Shown: positions 1 through 9,063 of the stretch, piece after piece | Layout: each line of letters starts with the position of its first letter | Position numbering within the stretch: the stretch's first letter is position 1 | IMG/VR virus record: IMGVR_UViG_3300045996_000553 | Span: 1 to 62,055 of that record | Strand: one strand, 5' to 3' | Source of the DNA: a virus | Taxonomy: Duplodnaviria > Caudoviricetes | Length of the DNA: 62,055 nucleotides | Made by a program: the position numbers and the translations under genes | The notes under the pieces: generated by a model | The model's input: the letters and a program-made list of their open reading frames with translations, nothing else | What the model was told of the DNA's origin: nothing | Databases searched by the model: none

Positions 1-370
1 CGGCAAAATCGAACCGGGACGTTCCGAAAGTTTGGAAGGAGCGCATTGCCTCGCTAAAGGCATGAATACCCGAACCCTCGGCGTGTGCTGTATCGGAAAT
101 CCCGGTTGGAAAGTGCAGGCCGCAAAAGCGGCTCCAAAGGAAATTACCGTTCGACCGTATTTGACGCAACGACAGTTGGACGCGCTTGTTCACTGGCTTG
201 CCGTCAACTGCAAACAATACGACATCAACCCTTTGGGAACGATGAAACGGCCTTCGGATAAGAAGACTATCCCAACCATTACGCAACATTCGGATCATGA
301 TTCCGGCAAACCCTTTTGCGCTTCCCTTCGATTAGAAGAGATTCGTAAAATGGTTGCCAAGAAATTATAG
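1..370 (+). CDS. Endolysin amidase, C-terminal part
   Basis: Frame open from position 2: GKIEPGR..EGAHC..N..TLGVCCIG..QHSDH..KPFC; in frame with 61865..62055. Confidence 0.9.
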   Translation, partial: GKIEPGRSESLEGAHCLAKGMNTRTLGVCCIGNPGWKVQAAKAAPKEITVRPYLTQRQLDALVHWLAVNCKQYDINPLGTMKRPSDKKTIPTITQHSDHDSGKPFCASLRLEEIRKMVAKKL

Positions 371-381
371 GAGATATTCAA

Positions 382-534
382 ATGGGATTGCTTGAACTTT
401 TGATCGTTATTCTTTTGATTTGCTGGCTAATGGGAGGAGTGTTCAGCATTGGCGGAAGTCTCCTGAACGTTCTCCTCGTTATCGCCATTGTGCTAGTCTT
501 GGTTCGGCTTATTCAGGGAAGAAACGTAATCTAA
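382..534 (+). CDS. Small two-helix membrane protein, lmo0937-like (50 aa)
   Basis: AGGAG RBS; MGLLELLIVILLICWLMGGVFSIGGSLLNVLLVIAIVLVLVRLIQGRNVI; below the ORF-track cutoff. Confidence 0.75.
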   Translation: MGLLELLIVILLICWLMGGVFSIGGSLLNVLLVIAIVLVLVRLIQGRNVI

Positions 535-2558
535 ACTCCGTTTCTCCTTGAACTTTTCCATCTGTGTTGCTCGATAGTCATTTCAACTTCTTCGAGCAAC
601 TTTTTTTCGTCTATTTTGCTAGGTCCGTCCTTGTCAGGATCGTAGAGTTCCACTTCGGGAACGCAAGCATAACCTTGAGCCGTCCAGATAATGCCGAACT
701 CTTCTAGATTTCTAGCTATCGTGGTTGTGCCTACTTTAAAATGCGCGGCATAGTCTTTATGCGTTCTTGGTTTTTCCAGTTCCGTAAAGTCTCGGTAAGC
801 CTCCCGTTGCGCGTCATACTTTCTAACCGGAGACATTGTTTCTTTTGCCTTTGTTCCCGGCCTCGGTTCATCGTCAGCCATTTCGGTAATTTTCGTATCG
901 AACGAATATTCGTCAATATAAAAATCCAGCTTGATGTTCTTATACTTGGAAGCAGATTTATTCCCCCGTTCAATCACGATCTGAGTAGGATTTTCACCAC
1001 TTCCGAATGCGATCATCGTTTCAGCGAAAGCATTGAGAAGCTGGCTGCCAAGCATAGTGTCTCGCAAACGTTGCGTATCCTTCAGTTCAGCCTTCGATGC
1101 ATGATGAATAATCATAATGGTTGTGTTGTATTTCACCTGCCATTTTTTTAGGATTTGCATATGGTAAGCGGCTTTTTGGAAATGATCGTCCGACAAAGCC
1201 ATTGTGTAAAAAGGGTCTAAGAAAATCGCCGTAGGACACTCGAAATGCCGTCCCTGCAACACGTCTCGCTCAAAATAGTGCAACGTATCGGGGTCGTGAA
1301 AAGAAAAGGTAGGCGCGTTATCGCGATCACTGAGCATAATATTTGGATGGTTCATAACCGGGAAGTGAAATTCTTCGTTCGCTTCATCCCACGTCGGAAC
1401 GCTTCCGCCGATTTGCCCCATACGCCGGAAGAAGATGCTCGGATGATCCTCCTGCTGAACGATATAAACCAAACCTTGTTTACGAATGGGGAATCTCTTT
1501 AAGAAAGGTTCACCTGTGGCGATACAGTGAGCCATGTGGTAGCTGAGATAAGACTTGTAACGCTGAGGGGCTGAACAGATAAATCCTCCGCTAGCGACAG
1601 GCAACCAGTCTTCGATGATCCATTCGATTTCCGCCGATCCATAACGATCCAGTCCTTCAGAAAACGTGATCGAAGGGAAACCGATCTTTGCCTTAGATGG
1701 TTTGTTCGTTGCATCTGCGCGTAAGTCATCCACAGTCTTAATCGGGATGCTTTGCTGATTCTTCCTCTCATGGGTTTTAAATACGCTAGATACGATTGTT
1801 TTAATATCCTTTGGCGCAAGCGGAGGGATGCAATATGCGTTATTCCATTCCATCGTATTGTTGTAGACTTGCTCAAAAGCAAGTCCTTTTCGTATGAGTT
1901 TGCCGACATAAGAGGCTGTGGAATCATTCCTTGACCCTTCTTCGATATAAAAAGATATTTCTTCTTCATCCGTATCCGTATCCTGATAGTAGACTTCCTT
2001 TGCAACCGTCTCAGGCTCCCGCAGACGCTCTTTAACGGCTTCGGGCAGTTCTATTACGGGAACGTCGCTCTCTACGCTGTAATCGCCTAATACGTGGTTA
2101 GAAGGGGGGATGACGATATACTGCCCGTCCGTCAGAAACTCGATGCCGGGAAGGAGTTTTACCTTCTTGCAATACAAGGCATCGTATAAAAAATAGAAGT
2201 GCCAACCGTTTCCGCCTGTCTTGACGGTATAGGTTTCCGGCAAACCATTAGGAAAAAGGATTTTTAAGGATTCGGTTCCTCCATTTCTCGGATCAACGTC
2301 CACACAGCAAAGTTTTCCCATTTTTCCAAGGGCAATACCCCAATTGGCGTTTGGAAATATAATGTTCCATCGGGCAATTTTATCCCTGCTTGTTGTAGCG
2401 GAATGGAATCCGTCTTGAACGCAAGGATGTTTCCCGTAAGGATGCTTCTCGCCTTTTTTTGTTCCACAGGAGCAGTCTCCGTTATCCGTAACGTGATGGA
2501 GGGGAAATACGGGGATTTCCTGTTCCATATACCATTTCAATTTCTCTTCTATTGTCAT
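531..2558 (-). CDS. Bifunctional primase-polymerase + PriCT-1 + RecA-like (AAA_25) helicase
   Basis: VFPL..CSC..GKHP, NWGIA, VDVDPRNGG, TGGNGWHFYF; EGSRND..N...C.PPL; WIIEDWLP, IFLDP, IIHHASK, GS. Confidence 0.9.
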   Translation of the reverse strand: MTIEEKLKWYMEQEIPVFPLHHVTDNGDCSCGTKKGEKHPYGKHPCVQDGFHSATTSRDKIARWNIIFPNANWGIALGKMGKLCCVDVDPRNGGTESLKILFPNGLPETYTVKTGGNGWHFYFLYDALYCKKVKLLPGIEFLTDGQYIVIPPSNHVLGDYSVESDVPVIELPEAVKERLREPETVAKEVYYQDTDTDEEEISFYIEEGSRNDSTASYVGKLIRKGLAFEQVYNNTMEWNNAYCIPPLAPKDIKTIVSSVFKTHERKNQQSIPIKTVDDLRADATNKPSKAKIGFPSITFSEGLDRYGSAEIEWIIEDWLPVASGGFICSAPQRYKSYLSYHMAHCIATGEPFLKRFPIRKQGLVYIVQQEDHPSIFFRRMGQIGGSVPTWDEANEEFHFPVMNHPNIMLSDRDNAPTFSFHDPDTLHYFERDVLQGRHFECPTAIFLDPFYTMALSDDHFQKAAYHMQILKKWQVKYNTTIMIIHHASKAELKDTQRLRDTMLGSQLLNAFAETMIAFGSGENPTQIVIERGNKSASKYKNIKLDFYIDEYSFDTKITEMADDEPRPGTKAKETMSPVRKYDAQREAYRDFTELEKPRTHKDYAAHFKVGTTTIARNLEEFGIIWTAQGYACVPEVELYDPDKDGPSKIDEKKLLEEVEMTIEQHRWKSSRRNGV

Positions 2559-2562
2559 AACG

Positions 2563-3171
2563 TTAAAAATCCCATTGAGATGCCATAGCGTTTGCTATGC
2601 CTTGAAAAGTTTGGCTTCTTATTTTCATACGCTGTTCTTTAGGCAACGCCGCAGCTTTCACATACCAAGTAGCCATTCTTTTGCCGCTTTTGAAAGTAGT
2701 GTATTCAGGTTCTACAATTTCAGTAGGCAATAGCGGCGGAAGATTCTTTAACCATAAACAGGTTTTCTTTGCTTCTTCATGTCCAAACTGCCAGGGTTGG
2801 ATGATTTGATTCGGTTTTCGCCACTTGGTAGACATTATTCCTACAGGATTTTCAATACATATTTTTTCTATATTCGATGTTGCAATCGCCATAAAGAGAT
2901 TTATCGCATTTTCTCTGTCTTGTTCTCTTGTAGGGAAGCGGTCCTTGTATTCAGGTTTAAACCATTTGTTTCCCGTTACAGTCAAATACGTGCAAGGCGG
3001 GTGAGCAATCATCAAATCCCATTCTTCATCCAGTATATCAAGCACGTCTCCTAAAATATGCGGTCCTTCCCGTTCCGTAGGCAATAAATCACAACTGAAG
3101 GCTTCATGTCCTTTTGCTATAAACGCATCCCGAACTATTCCGCTAAACTCACACGCGACTAAGACTTTCAT
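2563..3171 (-). CDS. Phage-type C5 cytosine DNA methyltransferase-like protein
   Basis: VLVACEFSG, AHPPCTYL (PC motif), IENPVG, FGH..KKTCLW, RSQTFQGIA. Confidence 0.8.
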   Translation of the reverse strand: MKVLVACEFSGIVRDAFIAKGHEAFSCDLLPTEREGPHILGDVLDILDEEWDLMIAHPPCTYLTVTGNKWFKPEYKDRFPTREQDRENAINLFMAIATSNIEKICIENPVGIMSTKWRKPNQIIQPWQFGHEEAKKTCLWLKNLPPLLPTEIVEPEYTTFKSGKRMATWYVKAAALPKEQRMKIRSQTFQGIANAMASQWDF

Positions 3172-3194
3172 TTGACCTGCTTTCAGAGACGAAA

Positions 3195-3218
3195 AAAGGC
3201 AGTCGTGAAACTGCCTTT
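3195..3218. terminator. Intrinsic terminator, probably bidirectional
   Basis: aaaggcagt-cgtgaa-actgccttt with A/T tracts on both sides. Confidence 0.65.
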
Positions 3219-3242
3219 ATTTGAGTTAGTCTGATAAAGGTT

Positions 3243-3500
3243 CTAAGATGCTTCGCTATCCGTGTCCGGTTCTCCTTTTTGAAATGTCAGAAGAATCTTC
3301 GGAAGCGTCTCGCCTTTCAAGTATACATATTCGTGAATGATTTTGGCGGTTGTATCGATTTTTCCTTCAGGAGTTCGGATGATGGTTTTAAGCGCATCCT
3401 GAACTCCCGCAGGAATCGCGAACCTGCCTTCCAAACGAATATGGTTTTCCCCCGCATGGCTAATGCGGTCAATTTTCTTAACGTCTGTGGTAGTTTCCAT
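3243..3500 (-). CDS. Hypothetical protein
   Basis: GGAG RBS and its own upstream promoter. Confidence 0.75.
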   Translation of the reverse strand: METTTDVKKIDRISHAGENHIRLEGRFAIPAGVQDALKTIIRTPEGKIDTTAKIIHEYVYLKGETLPKILLTFQKGEPDTDSEAS

Positions 3501-3539
3501 TATTATCTCCGGTTTAAGGGCAGACTGCCTGCCAAGGAT

Positions 3540-3568
3540 AGTTTATCATAAAGACGAAATATTGACAA
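3540..3568 (-). promoter_or_regulatory. sigma70-type promoter
   Basis: TTGTCA-17 nt-TAAACT with extended TG. Confidence 0.6.
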
Positions 3569-3570
3569 GG

Positions 3571-4242
3571 TTAGGATTTTTTCTTATAAGCGTAAGAAAT
3601 CGTCGGTTCCGCCGTATACCCCCATTGCCATAGAAACCATGAATAGTTGTGTCGCGGTCCTTTGTCTCCCGGTTTGTAAGGAATCCAACGGGGTCGCCAT
3701 GTCAAATCAATCTTCTTAGCGAACGGCGGTTTGCTGAATAGATCGTTTCTACCTGAAGCGGAATCATACTCTTTCCGAAGCAACATGGCTACGGTTCCGT
3801 TGTTCTCTTTCGTCAGTTCCAAGGCTTTGCGTATGAACTTTTCAGCGATTTTCTTGTCTTCCCCACCATACGGAGGGTTGGTTATAATGGCTTTTGCCCA
3901 AAGGTTTTCACGCATTTTTAAGAAATCTACTGTAGATTTCCCTTGTCCCTTTTCTTCGTCAATAAAATCCATGTCTTCGTAACCGTAATCAAACAAGTCA
4001 GTAGAATTTACGGCAGTAAAATATTTTTTCAATACTTCTGACATGGTTCCTGTTCCGCAAGCAGGTTCCCAAATATTCGATCTGTCTGTTAGACAAAAAG
4101 GCGGTTTGAAAAGAAACGGTATTAACGCTTCCGTCACTTCTGACGGAGTAGGGTAGAAATCCGCTTCTATCCGTTCAAAGTTAGAGTTTCCCATTGCTTT
4201 ATCGTTATTCATAAAACCATAACTCCCTTCGTAATTCTTCAT
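3571..4242 (-). CDS. N6-adenine (or N4-cytosine) DNA methyltransferase
   Basis: DFYPTP, WEPACGTG (SAM binding), IITNPPY (catalytic); start may be slightly downstream. Confidence 0.88.
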   Translation of the reverse strand: MKNYEGSYGFMNNDKAMGNSNFERIEADFYPTPSEVTEALIPFLFKPPFCLTDRSNIWEPACGTGTMSEVLKKYFTAVNSTDLFDYGYEDMDFIDEEKGQGKSTVDFLKMRENLWAKAIITNPPYGGEDKKIAEKFIRKALELTKENNGTVAMLLRKEYDSASGRNDLFSKPPFAKKIDLTWRPRWIPYKPGDKGPRHNYSWFLWQWGYTAEPTISYAYKKKS

Positions 4243-4834
4243 AAATTTGGTTTTTCAACTGCGTTCCTCTGGCTCCGTCGATACCCAACGCTTTAGCCAT
4301 TTCGTAAGGACCGTTGCCTTGCATAAGCAGATAGATAACCTTCGCTTTACGCTCCGGTTTCATGCGGCCTTGCCCCATAACCTTTTCTATAGCGGCTTCC
4401 ACGTCCATTTTCAGACGTTGATGAGGCGAGAAATCTTCCGATACGCCTTTCAACAAAACCCAAAATTCGCTTACGCCTTCGTTGTCATTGTTGTAAACGT
4501 AATCGGTAGATAAACATATCTTAGGATCGTTGTCTCTAGGCGTATGAATGACCGAGTTGTTCCACCTGAGATAGTCTTCCGCGTGACGGTATTTGAAAAC
4601 TGCGTTGTAGAAATAAGTTTTGAACTTTACGCCTTGTTTCGGGCGAAAGTTCAGTATGGCTCTCCAAAACGCTTCGTTCAAGTGAGACAGCAACTCTTCA
4701 CGGTTGAATACGGTTCCGAAACCAAGAAACTGTTGCGCCGAACAATAAATCAGTCCTCGGTATCTTCGGTAGAGCACTTCTCCCGCTTCCGCGTGTTTCT
4801 TGGCGAGTTTGCAGAGTTGTTCATCCGTAAGCAT
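4205..4834 (-). CDS. Phage RNA polymerase sigma-70-family factor
   Basis: Region 2 signature LYRRYRGLI..EELL..AFWRAILNFRPKQGVKFKTY; C-terminal HTH-like EMAKALGI. Confidence 0.8.
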   Translation of the reverse strand: MLTDEQLCKLAKKHAEAGEVLYRRYRGLIYCSAQQFLGFGTVFNREELLSHLNEAFWRAILNFRPKQGVKFKTYFYNAVFKYRHAEDYLRWNNSVIHTPRDNDPKICLSTDYVYNNDNEGVSEFWVLLKGVSEDFSPHQRLKMDVEAAIEKVMGQGRMKPERKAKVIYLLMQGNGPYEMAKALGIDGARGTQLKNQIYEELRRELWFYE

Positions 4835-5045
4835 TTATCCTACTCTCGTGTTTTTTCGTGTAGCAGACGTAATCGACGTGCGTTTGAAGCAATTTGCCTC
4901 TGGTTGAAACCAGAATAGCGGTATCGCCTCGAATTTCCTTCAACCGGAAGGTTGCTTTACGTCCAATCCAAGAAACGTGAACGCCGTAGTTCAGAATATT
5001 CGTCAGGTCTTTTTTAGGGACTTTAACCAGAGTATCACTATTCAT
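4821..5045 (-). CDS. Hypothetical protein
   Basis: ATG at 5045 overlaps upstream stop (ATGA). Confidence 0.6.
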   Translation of the reverse strand: MNSDTLVKVPKKDLTNILNYGVHVSWIGRKATFRLKEIRGDTAILVSTRGKLLQTHVDYVCYTKKHESRINAYG

Positions 5046-5221
5046 TGGACGGAAAACCAGTGATCGACATGAATAGTCATCATAACACAACCCTCTTCAT
5101 CATAACATTTCAGATTATTGTTATCGTCCGTATTATATCCTACACATTCGACTTCGATTTCTCTTGATTTGTCGATAAACTCTGATACCGTGATCCTGAT
5201 GATTTTTTCAGTTGTTTCCAT
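5042..5221 (-). CDS. Hypothetical protein (59 aa)
   Basis: METTEKIIRITV..HWFSVQ; AGGAG RBS; fills the gap; not in ORF track. Confidence 0.65.
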   Translation of the reverse strand: METTEKIIRITVSEFIDKSREIEVECVGYNTDDNNNLKCYDEEGCVMMTIHVDHWFSVQ

Positions 5222-5671
5222 TTAAATCTCCTTTCCGAAGTAGAGAAAATAGAGCCCGTGTCGAATACTGTCTCTTTCGTGTTTGTTCTTCACATACAAA
5301 CCCATTTCTTTCAAACGGTCGTTTGTGAAGAAACCTTTCGCCATACTCGCGCTTTGATAGACGATCTTATAACCTTTGAACCATTCCTCAAGTTTTCCGA
5401 TGATCTTTGGCGTAAGCATCGGATCGTTCGTAAGAGATTTCGCTTTATGCGCGTAAATGCGGAAGGATTCGATGATGATGTAGTCAAACTCAGCCCAAGG
5501 CGGATATTCGTCCTTTATACGGTGTATAGATAGCTCTTCATAACGAACGTGCCAAGAACGCCAGTAGTTTCCTTCCACGAAAAAAGCAAAAGCAGAGGTT
5601 TCTCCTGGGTCTATGCTCAAGATGTTCAATGGCTTGCGTTTTGAAATGTCAGGTATCACGATTTCCTCCAT
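5222..5671 (-). CDS. RuvC-like Holliday junction resolvase
   Basis: ILSIDPGETS, IIIESF, HERDSIRHG. Confidence 0.8.
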   Translation of the reverse strand: MEEIVIPDISKRKPLNILSIDPGETSAFAFFVEGNYWRSWHVRYEELSIHRIKDEYPPWAEFDYIIIESFRIYAHKAKSLTNDPMLTPKIIGKLEEWFKGYKIVYQSASMAKGFFTNDRLKEMGLYVKNKHERDSIRHGLYFLYFGKEI

Positions 5672-6284
5672 TAGCGCAGAAATCGCAGGGATAACTCATT
5701 TGTGAACAAGTGCAACTCCATTCCTTTTCCAATTCATCCCCAAAAGCATCCCAACCCGGCCTACGTCGTCTTGCGAAAATTTCAAGATACGGCCCATCCA
5801 ACAGTTGTTCTATCCGGTCCTGAACCGTTTCTGGTTTCCTTGAATGAACGTTGTCGGGACGGGGTTCAAACACCCAACTCTCCATACCCTCATCCTTGAT
5901 TGGCAACGGTCTTCCTCTGGCTTGCGGAGAGGCCCACAGAACGAGTTCTCCCGCGTGTTTGATAAGGCTTGGCCTACCTCCCTGTCCGTTGATCGGCTTG
6001 CCGTCTTGTGTAGTTTTGCACCAGTCAAACGCTATTCCTCGGTAGTAGAGGTTCCAACGCTTAATGGCTTCTATGGCTACGTCAAGTTTTGGCCCTGTCG
6101 CCCATACGAAAAGAATTGATTTCGGAAGAAGAACGTCTCGCACAGGAAGATTAAAGATTTCTTCATCTGTCATCGTTTTATAATGTTTTCCGCAGGCTTG
6201 ATCTTTCGTTTGAGAGCCGTAATAGGAAACCGGATAGTCGATAACGACAACAGGATATTTTTTATCTGAAAACGAAGTAATCAA
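5649..6284 (-). CDS. MT-A70 family adenine methyltransferase
   Basis: HYKTM, LFVWAT, W.K, HSRKPE, YLEIFARRRRPGWDAFGDE; DPPW position reads DYPV. Confidence 0.85.
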   Translation of the reverse strand: MITSFSDKKYPVVVIDYPVSYYGSQTKDQACGKHYKTMTDEEIFNLPVRDVLLPKSILFVWATGPKLDVAIEAIKRWNLYYRGIAFDWCKTTQDGKPINGQGGRPSLIKHAGELVLWASPQARGRPLPIKDEGMESWVFEPRPDNVHSRKPETVQDRIEQLLDGPYLEIFARRRRPGWDAFGDELEKEWSCTCSQMSYPCDFCANGGNRDT

Positions 6285-6511
6285 TAGCGTCCGAAATTCC
6301 TTTCCAGTTCAAACTCATCCATGATGTATTCTCCTGTTCGGTTTCTGCTTGCTAGTTCATCTTCGCAATACTCTACGATAAAATCCTCTTCGATGTTGTT
6401 GATACTCCACTCAAGATAAGTATTCGGAACGTCTTCGATACTTTCTCCTTCGTGTTTGCCGTAGGTGAAGACGTAACTTGTCTGTGTGAAAGATAGTTCT
6501 TGTTCAGCCAT
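6281..6511 (-). CDS. DUF3820-like small protein
   Basis: FTYGKHEGESIEDVPNTYLEW motif. Confidence 0.7.
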   Translation of the reverse strand: MAEQELSFTQTSYVFTYGKHEGESIEDVPNTYLEWSINNIEEDFIVEYCEDELASRNRTGEYIMDEFELERNFGRY

Positions 6512-7845
6512 TATGCTTCCCATCCTTTCAGTTCGTTCCAACGTTTCCCGTATTTCGCATCCGATTTTAAAGGAACAGCAAACCGAACAACCTTCTCCAA
6601 AGCCATATGAGATAAGATTTTCGGTATCCAGAAATCTAAAGCGTTATCATTTATTTCGAAAATTACGCTATCATGCACAGCAAGGTGCATAGTCGGTGCT
6701 TCCGGTCCATACGCCTGAAACTCCGCGTCCATATTCGTAATCGCTATACGAAGGACTTCATTCGCTCCTCCCTGGATTACAGGGTTCGGCGCAGCATACG
6801 CCTTGTTGTAAAGCCTCCCGTCTTTCAGAAGAATATCAGGAAAACGGCGAACCCTTCCCGTCCACATCTTCACGTAGCGATTTCGCTGTGCGAATGATAC
6901 GGTTTTGTCGATCCATGCTTTGATAGCGGGAAATCGCTTGTTGTAGTCGTCTAAGATATTTTTGGATGCTCCGAGTTCCGTCCAAAACAGTTTCCCTTCT
7001 TCGGTAGACCATTCAGGATAGGTTTCATCTTTCTTTCTTCGCATATTCTTTGCAAGGTAAAATCCTGTTTCTTCCGCATTTTCACACGTAAAAATATCCA
7101 TCGTTTGCAGTAAGTCTATTAGTTTCACGCCTTCCAGTCGCAGCGAGTTCACAAGTCCTTGAGGACCGGCTCCATAAATGGCTGTAAAGTTTACGCGCTT
7201 TGCAACTTGTCTCGGTATGTTAAGCAGTTCAGCCGTTTGCGTGTGAACGTCGATGCCATTGTTGTAAGCGTAAATCAGATTCGGGTCCTGCGACATATGA
7301 GCAAGAATACGAAGTTCGATCTGACTTTCATCACAGTCCACAAGCGTTTTACCGGGAGGAGATACAATGGCTCCCCGCACGTTGTAGATTTCGCTCTCCC
7401 TCGGCAGAGTTTGCAAGGCAGGACGCTTGATCGAAGCCCTACCTGCCGCCGTCAGCAAGGCGAAATCAGGATGAAGGCGATTGTTCTCATCCAAACATTC
7501 GAGGAACGGGATGAAATAAGTGTCTCTCGCTCTCCCCCATTTTCGGTAGTCGTTCAATAGCATGGCTATCGGGTGTTCGCTATCTTCCAAAGCCTGCCTT
7601 GCCGTCGATTTCATTCCTAGGACTTTACCGACCTGTGCAGGAGAGTTCAGATTGAACTCCGTTCCTGCTTGCCGATGGATTTCAAGTTCAAGTTCCGACT
7701 GTTTTTCATTGCAGTTGATAACGGCTTGGTTAACGAAATCCGTGTCGATAAGACAGCCGTTGTCCTCCATTCGACCTACTGCTTCACCATAACGACATAT
7801 ATCAATTGCTAAATCCCAAAGTCCCTGCTGTTCAAGTCCTTTCAC
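6511..7845 (-). CDS. polA: Family A DNA polymerase, polymerase domain (split gene)
   Basis: FNLNSPAQV, GR.S..PALQTLP, motif A CDESQIELRILAH, motif B AKRVNFTAIYG, motif C VHDS. Confidence 0.93.
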   Translation of the reverse strand: MKGLEQQGLWDLAIDICRYGEAVGRMEDNGCLIDTDFVNQAVINCNEKQSELELEIHRQAGTEFNLNSPAQVGKVLGMKSTARQALEDSEHPIAMLLNDYRKWGRARDTYFIPFLECLDENNRLHPDFALLTAAGRASIKRPALQTLPRESEIYNVRGAIVSPPGKTLVDCDESQIELRILAHMSQDPNLIYAYNNGIDVHTQTAELLNIPRQVAKRVNFTAIYGAGPQGLVNSLRLEGVKLIDLLQTMDIFTCENAEETGFYLAKNMRRKKDETYPEWSTEEGKLFWTELGASKNILDDYNKRFPAIKAWIDKTVSFAQRNRYVKMWTGRVRRFPDILLKDGRLYNKAYAAPNPVIQGGANEVLRIAITNMDAEFQAYGPEAPTMHLAVHDSVIFEINDNALDFWIPKILSHMALEKVVRFAVPLKSDAKYGKRWNELKGWEA

Positions 7846-8765
7846 TATTTACTCCCGTATCTGAGCAATTCATACAATTTATAAGTCAAAACAGCGTCTT
7901 GCTTTGCATACAAAGCAACGATTTCCAAGTCCAACTTCGCCAGTATCGACATAGGTTCAACTTTCTTTATGGCTGAAATCGCAATCATCGCCTTATTTCT
8001 CGCTTCGTAAAACGTGAGGAAATCGAGCAGCCCTGCCGAATGATCTTTCAGCTTTCGCTTGTTTATGTCAGCTATCTTCCCTCGCAACGTCGCTATGGTT
8101 TCTCCCATCTTTTCCAAATCAACAGATTCGTCCAGTTCTTCTCCTTTCTCTCGTTTCTTTTCCAGTCGATTGTATTGCAGCGTTAAAGGTTTCAGGGCTT
8201 CTTTGTAAACAGCTTTCTGTTCGGCTCTCCACGATTGTTCCATATGGCGAAGTTCGATTTCAGCAGCATCCCGTATCATTATTTGAGCGTTTAAACTCTC
8301 CGCAAGGTATTCGTTTGCAGCTTGTTTCAACGCCGTCTGTTCCGCCGTTTCGTCTATGCCGAAGTATTTTGCAGCCATAGGCTTCAGTCCGAAGGAAGGT
8401 TCGTTTTCTTCGTTCAGATGGGCCAGGAGCATACCGTCTACAATAAAAGCGTTTACCTCCACTCCTTCGTGCTTTAAAAACTTCGTATCGAACTTCCCGT
8501 TCCACGTAATGAGCCAGTTATCCTGATTTCCGAAGTATTCACGGACTTGATCGTGAAAGAGTTCAGGAGAGAGTTGGTAGTTGATTTCGTGACGTATCGG
8601 GATATAGTAGGACTGCTCGTTGCTTGGCAGAAAAAAGGAGTGTCCGATGATCTTATCCCCATTGAAAGGACGTAAACCCGTCGTTTCCAAATCAAAAGCG
8701 ACAGACTGATTGGAATACAGTTCTTCAATAAATGGTTTCAGTTGTTCTTCGTTTTGGATAATCAT
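7845..8765 (-). CDS. Family A DNA polymerase, 3'-5' exonuclease domain (split gene)
   Basis: ExoI FDLETTGL, ExoII WNGKFD, ExoIII YAKQDA. Confidence 0.9.
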   Translation of the reverse strand: MIIQNEEQLKPFIEELYSNQSVAFDLETTGLRPFNGDKIIGHSFFLPSNEQSYYIPIRHEINYQLSPELFHDQVREYFGNQDNWLITWNGKFDTKFLKHEGVEVNAFIVDGMLLAHLNEENEPSFGLKPMAAKYFGIDETAEQTALKQAANEYLAESLNAQIMIRDAAEIELRHMEQSWRAEQKAVYKEALKPLTLQYNRLEKKREKGEELDESVDLEKMGETIATLRGKIADINKRKLKDHSAGLLDFLTFYEARNKAMIAISAIKKVEPMSILAKLDLEIVALYAKQDAVLTYKLYELLRYGSK

Positions 8766-8796
8766 TCAAACGCTCACTCGCTTTCAAGATAAAATA

Positions 8797-8834
8797 AATG
8801 AGCCACAGTCGAATCCGTTCTTCTATGGCTCATT
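8797..8834 (-). terminator. Terminator-like hairpin upstream of polymerase genes
   Basis: AAUGAGCCA..UGGCUCAUU followed by UAUUUUAU. Confidence 0.5.
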
Positions 8835-8925
8835 GGGAGAGGCTAGGACAAAGGGAGGCTTATCCTAACCGTATCCTCATCCAATCACAATCGCATTTAG
8901 AAAGGTTCGATTGAATGAGAAATTG

Positions 8926-8985
8926 TTAAAATCCAAACCAAGAAGGCGGATAACCATACCAGATAGAAGTGAACCAACTCCACAT
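8926..8985 (-). CDS. Putative 19-aa aromatic-rich peptide
   Basis: AAGGAG-aaaatt-ATG; MWSWFTSIWYGYPPSWFGF*. Confidence 0.5.
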   Translation of the reverse strand: MWSWFTSIWYGYPPSWFGF

Positions 8986-9006
8986 AATTTTCTCCTTGTG
9001 AAAGTT

Positions 9007-9058
9007 TTTCAGGCGATAGTTCATCGCGCTCACGACAGTTGCCAACTATCGCCTGAAA
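9007..9058. repeat. Perfect 15-bp inverted repeat after the SSB stop
   Basis: tttcaggcgatagtt / aactatcgcctgaaa. Confidence 0.85.
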
Positions 9059-9063
9059 CCGTA

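Noticed and set aside
7840-7860. Intron or intein explaining the split polA and terL
   Set aside because: The ORFs overlap directly with no intervening sequence; no intein terminal motifs or homing endonuclease
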